DNA of 11,357 nt from a virus (Duplodnaviria > Heunggongvirae > Uroviricota > Caudoviricetes), in the IMG/VR virus record IMGVR_UViG_2698536339_000015, one strand, 5' to 3'. Under the pieces are notes generated by a model. That model was given only the letters and a program-made list of their open reading frames with translations. It was not told the DNA's origin and did no database searches. Of the stretch, positions 1-6,935 are shown piece by piece. The position numbers and the translations under genes are program-made. How positions within the stretch are numbered: the stretch's first letter is position 1; the number at the start of each line of letters is the position of its first letter.

Positions 1-1074
1 TCATTTATTGATTTCAATTTTGTCCCATTCTCTCCCTCGGCTGTCCCTATACCGCGCCGCCATTGAATCTGATTTATGCCCGAGAAGACGTTGAGCAAAC
101 TTATCGCCAATCTGATTCCGGTATAGCCTCGCCGACAGGCTACGCAGTTCATGGAATGTTGGCGGGTCTCCATCAAATGAGAGTCCAGATGCATTTCTCG
201 CCTTTGTAAAATACTTAGATACTGTTTTCGGGGAAAGCGGTTCGTGATGCGTTGATGCAATTATTGTTTCACTGCCGCTGGCCTCCCTGCATTTCTGTAG
301 TGTATCAGCCAATGAGATATTGAGCGCGTCAATCGTTAGCGTCAGCGGAATGGCGAGCTTAGCCCCTGTTTTACCCTGCTCAATGTGAAGATGGTTGTCG
401 TTTATGTCTGACCATTTCATTCTGCATAAATCGCCTACTCTCTGCCCTGTAACGACAGCCAAATCCATTGCCAGCCTCAGCCAGATTGGGAGATGTTCGG
501 CTGCATGGTAAATCGCGACATACTCATTAGCTGTCAGCCTTGAGCGCCTTACTTCTGACTTTGCTGCGCGGGTTGCTGTTACCGGATTCGTTGCCACATG
601 CCCCTCGGCTATTGCCTCACGAAAAACGTCAACAAGGGTTGACCTGATTACTCTTGCGGACGCTGCTTTACCTTCTGCGACGTAGGTGTTTAGCATTGCA
701 GCCACCTCTTTCGTTGATATGTCAGTGAGCGGTTTGTCCGGCAATTTTCTTCGGATTGCCCTGATTTTGCTGGCGTAGTCGAGTAGAGTTTTCGGTCTGA
801 TACCCCTTTCGGTGAGGATTGTTTCATATCGGTCAAGCCACGTATGAAGAGTGATTGTGTCAGCGCCTTTAATTCTGTCTATCAGTGACTCCCGTCCGCT
901 GTCTGAGAGTAACTCAATGTTGGCCTGTATTGCTTCAGTGATTGCTATCCTCCTGTCTCTGCCTAATCCGAACTCTTTACCCGTCCTTGGGTCCCTGTAG
1001 CAGTAATATCCATTGTTTCTTATATAAAGGTTAGGGGGTAAATCCCGGCGCTCATGACTTCGCCTTCTTCCCAT
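1..1074 (-). CDS. int: Tyrosine site-specific integrase, lambda Int family (357 aa, complete; stop at window position 1-3)
   Basis: Full ORF with ATG at 1074. N-terminus MGRRRSHERRDLPPNLYIRNNGYYCYRDPRTGKEFGLGRDRR and C-terminal catalytic region (HELRSLSARLY...LLGHKSDSMAARYRD) match lambda Int from memory. Residues ~55-170 (arm/core-binding region) are strongly diverged from lambda. Confidence 0.95.
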   Translation of the reverse strand: MGRRRSHERRDLPPNLYIRNNGYYCYRDPRTGKEFGLGRDRRIAITEAIQANIELLSDSGRESLIDRIKGADTITLHTWLDRYETILTERGIRPKTLLDYASKIRAIRRKLPDKPLTDISTKEVAAMLNTYVAEGKAASARVIRSTLVDVFREAIAEGHVATNPVTATRAAKSEVRRSRLTANEYVAIYHAAEHLPIWLRLAMDLAVVTGQRVGDLCRMKWSDINDNHLHIEQGKTGAKLAIPLTLTIDALNISLADTLQKCREASGSETIIASTHHEPLSPKTVSKYFTKARNASGLSFDGDPPTFHELRSLSARLYRNQIGDKFAQRLLGHKSDSMAARYRDSRGREWDKIEINK

Positions 1075-1270
1075 TTCTGATCCTCTTCAAAAGGCTACCT
1101 GTTACTGGTCGATTTAAGTCAACCTTTACCGCTGATTCGTGGAACAGATACTCTCTTCCATCCTTAACCGGAGGAGGGAATATCCTGCACTCGCGTACCC
1201 ATCGACGAACTGTTTCAGGGCTTCTTGGGCGTCGCTGGCGTGCGTTCCACTCCTGAAGTGTCAAGTACAT
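1052..1270 (-). CDS. xis: Excisionase Xis (72 aa)
   Basis: MYLTLQEWNARQRRPRS...KRIRNGKKAKS is nearly identical to lambda Xis from memory. It overlaps the int start by 23 nt, as in lambda. Confidence 0.92.
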   Translation of the reverse strand: MYLTLQEWNARQRRPRSPETVRRWVRECRIFPPPVKDGREYLFHESAVKVDLNRPVTGSLLKRIRNGKKAKS

Positions 1271-1281
1271 CGCAAAGTCTC

Positions 1282-1295
1282 CGCAATTACTCGCA
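1282..1295 (-). promoter_or_regulatory. CII-box-like direct repeat TTGC-N6-TTGC at the pI promoter position just upstream of and overlapping the xis start
   Basis: Minus strand reads TTGCGAGTAATTGC ending about 12 nt before the xis ATG; lambda pI has the same TTGC-N6-TTGC arrangement at the xis start. Confidence 0.4.
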
Positions 1296-1323
1296 AGGGA
1301 GCGAGCAGTGGTTGATTTTCTCC

Positions 1324-1348
1324 AACAAAAAAGGAGCCGAAGCTCCTT
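1324..1348 (-). terminator. Rho-independent terminator (minus strand) directly downstream of the AntA-like gene
   Basis: Minus-strand RNA AGGAGC-UUCG-GCUCCU (6-bp stem, UUCG tetraloop) followed by UUUUUU, 7 nt after the stop codon at 1355. Confidence 0.55.
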
Positions 1349-1354
1349 TGATGA

Positions 1355-1978
1355 TTAAAATTCGAATTGTCTCGCCCGAAGGCTTTTCAGCATTGGTCTT
1401 GCCCGTTCGAAAAGGGCGCTTGTCTGGTCAAGTCGTGTCGCCTCCCTGAGCAGTGCGTCTCTGTTTTTCGTCACCGTGTAGAAAGTCTCAAACGCGATGT
1501 CATACAGCTTGCTCGAGTATGATGAGTTCAGTTCCTTCAATATCGGATACAGGCGTTTGCTGATGTCCTGTGCTTTCTCCATCTGTACCTGCATGTAGCA
1601 GAGGAGGATGATTTCCTCGTCTGTGAATTGCTGCGCTGGTTGCATGCTGCGAAGTTTCTTTTCGCACTCGATGAAGTATCGGCGTATCTGGCGGCCTTTT
1701 TCGTTGCGCTCGACCATTGCCAGCTCTTTGGCTGTGTCGAGGGTGAGGTGGTAATCCTTGCGGTTGTGACCGCCTCTACCAGATGTTTGCTTTCCCAAAT
1801 TGGAAAGCAAAATATAGTCTTGATTTTCAATGAATTCGTATTCTGAAATGCGATTTGTAATCCATGCCGCAAACACCTTTTTCACGCCTAAAAAAGCATG
1901 CAGATCGCGGGCATTGCAGAGTAGGGCTGTTTCGTTGGCGATAGTGCCGTTGAATACGGGGATGAGTTGACTGGTCAT
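1355..1978 (-). CDS. AntA/AntB-type antirepressor-domain protein (207 aa); N-terminal ~100 aa resemble the phage AntA domain, C-terminal half unassigned
   Basis: ORF with ATG at 1978 and AAGGA 7 nt upstream. N-terminal pattern LIPVF...ARDLHAFLGV...FAAWITNRI..YEFIENQDY...YHLTLDTAKELAMVERNEKGRQIRRYF recalls AntA-family proteins. Family assignment is from memory, not a search. Confidence 0.6.
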   Translation of the reverse strand: MTSQLIPVFNGTIANETALLCNARDLHAFLGVKKVFAAWITNRISEYEFIENQDYILLSNLGKQTSGRGGHNRKDYHLTLDTAKELAMVERNEKGRQIRRYFIECEKKLRSMQPAQQFTDEEIILLCYMQVQMEKAQDISKRLYPILKELNSSYSSKLYDIAFETFYTVTKNRDALLREATRLDQTSALFERARPMLKSLRARQFEF

Positions 1979-2191
1979 TTTTATGTCCTTTGCATTTGTT
2001 CAGATAGCCCTGTGTTCAGCAGGGCGGTCAGGTACTTGAACACCGTGCAAAGTCGGCCCGTATCCTTAACCTTTCGGTTGTTTTTCGGTATACGCGCTAC
2101 CCGACCATATCTGAGAAATGGACATAAAAAAGCCGCATGACTGACGGGTGCGGTTTCCGCTTTGCAAGGTGTGTTCAGCACCATGAAGCGG

Positions 2192-2221
2192 AATATAGCC
2201 CCGTTAATGCGGATTTGTCAA
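2192..2221 (-). promoter_or_regulatory. Candidate sigma70 promoter (minus strand) about 210 nt upstream of the AntA-like gene
   Basis: Minus strand TTGACA (2221..2216), 18-nt spacer, TATATT (2197..2192). Exact -35 consensus and 5/6 -10. Confidence 0.45.
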
Positions 2222-2300
2222 ATCATGTGGTCTTTATCTTGCTGTAAGCCGCGCCATTCGGTCTTTTCCCCCAGATTTGGGGAAAACTATCTTGTCAAAA

Positions 2301-2861
2301 TCATGCAGCCTTTCGTTCTCCTTCGATGAGTTCCTCGATCTTGTGCACTCCCGCCTCGTTGTAGCGAAATGTCTCGACCTGCTTGTCACTGTGCGCCGAT
2401 TTGTCGATGAACCACTTCCCGTACTTTTCTGTTTTGAGCATGTAGGTGTTGGCAATGCGCCCTACCTTGTTGGCTGAAATGCCAAGCATGGTGCCAACCT
2501 CCGACGCAGAGTAGTGATGTTCATCAATGACCGGAAGAGGGATTGCACTAAAGCCGACGACGGGATTAATCAGGCTGGCGGCAACGACCTGTTTAGCTTC
2601 CGGTGCGAGGTGAGGGAGGAAGTCGAAGAGGTCTTTCATTGTGTCGACGGTCATTTTCAATGCGCGTGCCTTACGGAATTCTTCAAGGCCATCCGGTGAT
2701 TTCTTCGTGGTCGTTTTTTGTTGCAACTGCTGTTGCATTGATTCAAGTTTGTCGACCAGCGAACGACGGACGGCTTTCGACTCACGTGCGGCGACGCGCA
2801 GGGCTTGCTTGTAGGTCATCACTATAACCACCTGATCCGCTCCGCCTTTTTTCTTATCCAT
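2301..2861 (-). CDS. Phage regulatory/antirepressor-like protein (186 aa as an intact ORF); C-terminal region reminiscent of KilA-C/ANT-type domains
   Basis: ORF with ATG at 2861 and no SD. Protein-like sequence continues in-frame upstream through a TGA to an ATG at 3044 that has a good RBS. Confidence 0.5.
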   Translation of the reverse strand: MDKKKGGADQVVIVMTYKQALRVAARESKAVRRSLVDKLESMQQQLQQKTTTKKSPDGLEEFRKARALKMTVDTMKDLFDFLPHLAPEAKQVVAASLINPVVGFSAIPLPVIDEHHYSASEVGTMLGISANKVGRIANTYMLKTEKYGKWFIDKSAHSDKQVETFRYNEAGVHKIEELIEGERKAA

Positions 2862-2863
2862 GG

Positions 2864-2886
2864 GGGTTACGAAAATTTCGTAACCC
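2864..2886. repeat. 23-bp perfect palindrome GGGTTACGAAA-A-TTTCGTAACCC
   Basis: Eleven-bp arms verified base by base around a central A at 2875, ending 3 nt from the ATG at 2861. Confidence 0.8.
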
Positions 2887-3061
2887 TCCCCCTCAAGCTC
2901 ATCTTTGATGCGTGCAATGAAGTCGTTGTTGCGTACTTCTTTTTCGCCTCACAGTCTCCGCGCCTCATTAACCATTTTCAACAGCATCTGGCTGTCAATT
3001 GTTGCAGCCGGAAACGAAGACTGATTTGCAATATTGTTAATCATGTATTCTGTCCTTTTCA

Positions 3062-3089
3062 GATAAAAGAAATCCCCGCCAATGCGAGG
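3062..3089 (-). terminator. Terminator-like hairpin (minus strand) between the ASCH-like gene and the interrupted ORF
   Basis: Minus RNA CCUCGC-AUUG-GCGGGG (6-bp stem with one G-U pair) followed by AUUUCUUUUAU. Confidence 0.35.
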
Positions 3090-3093
3090 ATTG

Positions 3094-3378
3094 TTATTCA
3101 TTGCCGATATTCACCTTTATCGCGTATACCTTTACCGGTTTATCGCCGAAGTGCGGATGTGTGATTGTCTTGATTTCATATCCGCCATACGGAACATCAA
3201 TTCTGCGGCTGGAATCGTCGCGCTTCGGATACCCCTTCGTGATGATCAGACTGCCATACTCGCGGTTAACGAGGCGCTTTTTCCAGTAGTCATTAACAAG
3301 GCGATACTCTTCCGTTTTCTCTCCGCGAATCATGGCATCGAAGTATTCACTTTTAACAGCAAGTTGCAGGTTAGCCAT
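3094..3378 (-). CDS. ASCH-domain-like small protein (94 aa from the ATG at 3378; the listed ORF begins one codon earlier at GTG)
   Basis: GEKTEEYR matches the ASCH GxKxxExR motif. Its ATG overlaps the TGA of the upstream TraR-like gene (TGATG). Confidence 0.65.
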   Translation of the reverse strand: MANLQLAVKSEYFDAMIRGEKTEEYRLVNDYWKKRLVNREYGSLIITKGYPKRDDSSRRIDVPYGGYEIKTITHPHFGDKPVKVYAIKVNIGNE

Positions 3379-3599
3379 CACTTAATCCCCCTTTGTTTGC
3401 GGATAAGCTCCAGATCTTGCTGGCAACTTGCACAAGTCCGACAACCCTGAACGGCCAGGCGTCTTCGCTCATCTATGGGATCGCCACACTCACAACAATG
3501 AGTGGCAGATATAGCCTGGTGGTTCAGGCGGCGCATTTTTATTGCTGTGTTGCGCTGTAATTCTTCAATTTCTGATTCTGAATCAATGATGTCTGCCAT
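3378..3599 (-). CDS. DksA/TraR-family C4 zinc-finger protein (73 aa), lambda Orf73-like
   Basis: Two Cys pairs, CECG...CRTCASC, in a 73-aa protein at the position of TraR-like genes in lambdoid pL operons. Confidence 0.8.
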   Translation of the reverse strand: MADIIDSESEIEELQRNTAIKMRRLNHQAISATHCCECGDPIDERRRLAVQGCRTCASCQQDLELIRKQRGIK

Positions 3600-3652
3600 C
3601 TTCCATTAATCCCTGAATTGTTGGTTAATACGCTTGAGGGTGAATGCGAACA

Positions 3653-3675
3653 ATAAAAAAGGAGCCTGTAGCTCC
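3653..3675 (-). terminator. Rho-independent terminator (minus strand) between the orf61-like gene and the TraR-like gene
   Basis: Minus RNA GGAGC-UACAG-GCUCC followed by UUUUUU. Confidence 0.5.
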
Positions 3676-3697
3676 ATGATGATTTTGTTTTTCATGT

Positions 3698-3913
3698 TCA
3701 CCGTTCCTTAAAGACGCCGTTTAACATGCCGATCGCCAGGCTTAAATGAGTCGGTGTGAATCCCATCAGCGTTACCGTTTCGCGGTGCTTTTTCAGTACG
3801 CTACGGCAAATGTCATCGACGTTTTTATCCGGAAACTGCTGTCTGGCTTTTTTGATTTCATAATTAGCCTGACGGGCAATACTGCGAAGGGCGTTTTCTT
3901 GCTGAGGTGTCAT
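3698..3913 (-). CDS. Small hypothetical phage protein at the lambda orf61 position (71 aa from the internal ATG at 3913)
   Basis: ORF upstream of the orf63/orf60a/exo cluster. Start chosen at MTPQQENALR; the N-terminal 22 codons of the listed ORF look non-coding. Start is uncertain. Confidence 0.5.
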   Translation of the reverse strand: MTPQQENALRSIARQANYEIKKARQQFPDKNVDDICRSVLKKHRETVTLMGFTPTHLSLAIGMLNGVFKER

Positions 3914-3989
3914 TGAACAAGTCCCATGTCGGCAAGCATAAGCACACAGAATATGAAGCCCGCTGCCAGAAAAATGCATTCAGTGGTTG

Positions 3990-4181
3990 TCATACCTGGT
4001 CTCTCTCATCTGCTTCTGCTTTCGCCACCATCATTTCCAGCTTTTGTGAAAGGGATGTGGCTAACGTATGAAATTCTTCGTCTGTTTCTACTGGTATTGG
4101 CACAAACCTGACTCCAATTTGAGCGAGGCTATGTGCCATCTCGATACTCGTCCTTAACTCAACGGGAGATGTTTTGTGCAT
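3990..4181 (-). CDS. Lambda Orf63-like protein (63 aa)
   Basis: Size and position match lambda orf63 immediately upstream of orf60a; sequence [23 protein letters not shown]... Confidence 0.6.
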   Translation of the reverse strand: MHKTSPVELRTSIEMAHSLAQIGVRFVPIPVETDEEFHTLATSLSQKLEMMVAKAEADERDQV

Positions 4182-4336
4182 ACAGCCCCTCGTTTATTAT
4201 TTATCTCCTCAGCCAGCCGCTGGGCTTTCAGTGGATTTTGGATAACAGAAAGGCCGGGAAATACCCAGTCTCGCTTTGTAACGGAGTAGATGAAAGTGAT
4301 CGCGCCTACCCGGATATTATCGTGAGGATGCGTCAT
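4154..4336 (-). CDS. Lambda Orf60a-like protein (60 aa from the second Met)
   Basis: [15 protein letters not shown]...[12 protein letters not shown]; overlaps the exo start by 4 nt as lambda orf60a does. Confidence 0.6.
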   Translation of the reverse strand: MTHPHDNIRVGAITFIYSVTKRDWVFPGLSVIQNPLKAQRLAEEINNKRGAVCTKHLPLS

Positions 4337-5013
4337 CGCCATTGCTCCCCAAATACAAAACCAATTTCAGCCAGTGCCTCGTCCATTTTTTCGATGAACT
4401 CCGGCACCATCTCGTCAAAACTCGCCATGTACTTTTCATCCCGCTCAACCACGACATAATGCAGTCCTTCACGCTTCATACGCGGGTCATAGTTGGCAAA
4501 GTACCAGGCATCTTTTCGCGTCACCCACATGCTGTACTGCACCTGGGCCATGTAAGCTGACTTTATGGCCTCGAAACCACCGAGCCGGAACTTCATGAAA
4601 TCCCGGGAGGTAAACGGGCATTTCAGTTCAAGGCCGTTGCCGTCACTGCATAAACCATCGGGAGAGCAGGCGGTACGCATACTTTCGTCGCGATAGATGA
4701 TCGGTGATTCAGTAACATTCACGCCGGAAGTGAACTCAAACAGGGCTCTGGCGTCGTTCTCGTACTGTTTTCCCCAGGCCAGCGCTTTAGCGTTAACTTC
4801 CGGAGCCACACCGGTGCAAACCTCAGCAAGCAGGGTGTGGAAGTAGGACATTTTCATGTCAGGCCACTTTTTTCCGGAGCGGGGTTTTGCTATTACGTTA
4901 TGAACTTCTGAAGCTGTGATGACGCCGAGCCGTAATTTGTGCCACGCATCATCCCCCTGTTCGACAGCTCTCACGTCGATCCCGGTACGCTGCAGGATAA
5001 TGTCCGGTGTCAT
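4333..5013 (-). CDS. exo: Lambda exonuclease (Red-alpha), 226 aa
   Basis: [89 protein letters not shown]... is near-identical to lambda Exo from memory, with the same length and the same 4-nt overlap with bet. Confidence 0.97.
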   Translation of the reverse strand: MTPDIILQRTGIDVRAVEQGDDAWHKLRLGVITASEVHNVIAKPRSGKKWPDMKMSYFHTLLAEVCTGVAPEVNAKALAWGKQYENDARALFEFTSGVNVTESPIIYRDESMRTACSPDGLCSDGNGLELKCPFTSRDFMKFRLGGFEAIKSAYMAQVQYSMWVTRKDAWYFANYDPRMKREGLHYVVVERDEKYMASFDEMVPEFIEKMDEALAEIGFVFGEQWR

Positions 5014-5795
5014 GCTGCCACCTTCTGCTCTGCGGCTTTCTGTTTCAGGAATCCAAGAGCTTTCACTGCTTCGGCCTGTGTCAGTTCTGACGATGCGCGA
5101 ATGTCGCGGCGAAATATCTGGGAACAGAGCGGCAATAAGTCGTCATCCCATGTTTTATCCAGGGCGATCAGCAGAGTGTTAATCTCCTGCATGGTTTCAT
5201 CGTTTACCGGAGTGATGTCGCGTTCCGGCTGGCGTTCTGCAGTGTATGCGGTATTTTCGACAATGCGCTCGGCTTCATCCTTGTCATAGATACCAGCAAA
5301 TCCGAAGGCCAGGCGGGCACACTGAATCATGGCTTTATGCCGTAACATCCGTTTGGGATGCGACTGCCACGGCCCCGTGATTTCTCTGCCTTCGCGGGTT
5401 TTGAATGGTTCGCGGCGGCATTCATCCATCCATTCGGTAACGCAGATCGGATGATTACGGTCCTTGCGGTAAATACGGCATGTGCAGGATTCGTTGTCCT
5501 GTTCAAAGTCCATGCCATCAAACTGCTGGTTTTCATTGATGATGCGGGACCAGCCATCAACGCCCACTACCGGAACGATGCCATTCTGCTTATCAGGAAA
5601 GGCGTAAATTTCTTTCGTCCACGGATTAAGGCCGTACTGGTTGGCAACGATCAGTAATGCGATGAACTGCGCATCGCTGGCATCACCTTTAAATGCCGTC
5701 TGGCGAAGAGTGGTGATCAGTTCCTGTGGGTCGACAGAATCCATGCCGACACGTTCAGCCAGCTTCCCAGCCAGCGTTGCGAGTGCTGTACTCAT
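5010..5795 (-). CDS. bet: Red-beta single-strand annealing protein, 261 aa
   Basis: [86 protein letters not shown]... matches lambda Bet from memory. Confidence 0.97.
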   Translation of the reverse strand: MSTALATLAGKLAERVGMDSVDPQELITTLRQTAFKGDASDAQFIALLIVANQYGLNPWTKEIYAFPDKQNGIVPVVGVDGWSRIINENQQFDGMDFEQDNESCTCRIYRKDRNHPICVTEWMDECRREPFKTREGREITGPWQSHPKRMLRHKAMIQCARLAFGFAGIYDKDEAERIVENTAYTAERQPERDITPVNDETMQEINTLLIALDKTWDDDLLPLCSQIFRRDIRASSELTQAEAVKALGFLKQKAAEQKVAA

Positions 5796-5800
5796 CCGTT

Positions 5801-6217
5801 TTATACCTCTGAATCAATATCAACCTGATGGTGAGCAATGGTTTCAACCATGTACCGGATGTGTTCTGCCATGCGCTCCTGAAACTCAACATCGTCATCA
5901 AACGCACGGGTAATGGCTTTTTTGCTGGCCCCGTGGCGTTGCAAATGATCGATGCATAGCGATTCAAACAGGTGCTGGGGCAGGCCTTTTTCCATGTCGT
6001 CTGCCAGTTCTGCCTCTTTCTCTTCACGGGCGATCTGCTGGTAGTGACGCGCCCAGCTCTGAGCCTCAAGACGATCCTGAATGTAATAAGCGTTCATGGC
6101 CGAACTCCTGAAATAGCTGTGAAAATATCGCCCGCGAAATGCCGGGCTGATTAGGAAAACAGGAAAGGGGGTTAGTGAATGCTTTTGCTTGATCTCAGTT
6201 TCAGTATTAATATCCAT
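5801..6217 (-). CDS. gam: Gam RecBCD inhibitor, 138 aa long form (GamS would start at the internal MNAYYIQDR)
   Basis: [138 protein letters not shown] matches lambda Gam from memory. Confidence 0.95.
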   Translation of the reverse strand: MDINTETEIKQKHSLTPFPVFLISPAFRGRYFHSYFRSSAMNAYYIQDRLEAQSWARHYQQIAREEKEAELADDMEKGLPQHLFESLCIDHLQRHGASKKAITRAFDDDVEFQERMAEHIRYMVETIAHHQVDIDSEV

Positions 6218-6315
6218 TTTTTATAAGCGTCGACGGCCTCACGAAACATCTTTTCATCGCCAATAAAAGTGGCAATAGTGAATTTTGTCTGGATAGCCAT
6301 AAGTTTTTTATCCAT
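6172..6315 (-). CDS. kil: Kil host-killing (FtsZ-targeting) protein, 47 aa
   Basis: [47 protein letters not shown] (lambda Kil from memory begins MDQTL...). Overlaps the gam start by 46 nt as in lambda. The ORF track gives a longer 89-aa read-through. Confidence 0.85.
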   Translation of the reverse strand: MDKKLMAIQTKFTIATFIGDEKMFREAVDAYKKWILILKLRSSKSIH

Positions 6316-6448
6316 TTTTGGGGACTCCTGGCTGATTAAGTATGTCGATAAGGCGTTTCCATCCGTCACGTAATTTACGGGTGATTCGTTCAAGTAAAGA
6401 TTCGGAAGGGCAGCCAGCAACAGGCCACCCTGCAATGGCATATTGCAT
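6308..6448 (-). CDS. cIII: CIII (FtsH inhibitor protecting CII), 46 aa, 8 residues shorter at the C-terminus than lambda CIII
   Basis: Hand translation from the ATG at 6448: [46 protein letters not shown] then TAA at 6310..6308. AAGGAG lies upstream of the ATG. The frame continues KTYGYPDK after the stop. Confidence 0.8.
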   Translation of the reverse strand: MQYAIAGWPVAGCPSESLLERITRKLRDGWKRLIDILNQPGVPKNG

Positions 6449-6520
6449 GGTGTGCTCCTTATTTATACATAACGAAAAACGCCTCGAGTGAAGCGTTATT
6501 GGTATGCGGTAACGCCGCGC

Positions 6521-6889
6521 TCAGGCGGCTTTGATAGTCATATCATCTGAATCAAATATTCCTGATGTATCGATATCGGTAATTCTTATTCCTTCGCTAC
6601 CATCCATTGGAGGCCATCCTTCCTGACCATTTCCATCATTCCAGTCGAACTCACACACAACACCATATGCATTTAAGTCGCTTGAAATTGCTATAAGCAG
6701 AGCATGTTGCGCCAGCATGATTAATACAGCATTTAATACAGAGCCGTGTTTATTGAGTCGGTATTCAGAGTCTGACCAGAAATTATTAATCTGGTGAAGT
6801 TTTTCCTCTGTCATTACGTCATGGTCGATTTCAATTTCCATTGATGCTTTCCAGTCGTAATCAATGATGTATTTTTTGATGTTTGACAT
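6521..6889 (-). CDS. ea10: Ea10 protein, 122 aa
   Basis: MSNIKKYIIDYDWKASMEIEIDHDV...DSDDMTIKAA; same length and position as lambda ea10. Confidence 0.85.
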   Translation of the reverse strand: MSNIKKYIIDYDWKASMEIEIDHDVMTEEKLHQINNFWSDSEYRLNKHGSVLNAVLIMLAQHALLIAISSDLNAYGVVCEFDWNDGNGQEGWPPMDGSEGIRITDIDTSGIFDSDDMTIKAA

Positions 6890-6907
6890 CTATTCATATC
6901 CTCATAG

Positions 6908-6935
6908 ATAAAAAATCGCCCTCACACTGGAGGGC
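6908..6935 (-). terminator. Terminator-like hairpin (minus strand) between ral and ea10
   Basis: Minus RNA GCCCUC-CAGUGU-GAGGGC (6-bp stem) followed by GAUUUUUUAU. Confidence 0.4.

Larger units (their letters stand above)
2301..3044 (-). pseudogene. Possible ancestral 247-codon gene interrupted by an in-frame TGA at 2949-2951 (31-codon N-terminal fragment plus 186-codon downstream ORF)
   Basis: ATG at 3044 with AAGGA 9 nt upstream; translation MINNIANQSSFPAATIDSQMLLKMVNEARRL-stop-GEKEVRNNDFIARIKDELEGEGYEIFVTP-MDKKKGG... stays in one frame across the TGA into the 2301..2861 ORF. Confidence 0.4.

Noticed and set aside
1981-2184. 67-aa minus-strand ORF covering the whole leader between the candidate promoter and the AntA-like gene
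   Set aside because: No SD. The product is Cys/Arg-rich and not protein-like, and the ORF coincides with a leader carrying hairpins. More likely non-coding 5' UTR.
2222-2300. Second TTGACA on the minus strand (2298..2293) and a CCCCA-N4-TGGGG hairpin
   Set aside because: No acceptable -10 at 16-19 nt spacing and no U-tract after the hairpin. The promoter at 2192-2221 is the better candidate.
2805-3450. Plus-strand ORFs of 119 and 122 aa antisense to the accessory genes
   Set aside because: Antisense to better-supported minus-strand genes, with no RBS and low-complexity or hydrophobic composition, so likely spurious.
3677-3712. Tiny hydrophobic plus-strand ORF (MMILFFMFTVP) next to the terminator at 3653-3675
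   Set aside because: 11 codons, no RBS, and it overlaps a terminator hairpin. No basis to call a gene.
4916-5913. Plus-strand ORFs (88-116 aa) antisense to exo and bet
   Set aside because: exo and bet are unambiguous on the minus strand. These are typical shadow ORFs.
6505-6530. Plus-strand hairpin GCCGC-N6-GCGGC with a short T-run overlapping the ea10 stop
   Set aside because: Nothing is transcribed rightward here, the stem is short and the T-run is weak. Probably coincidental.
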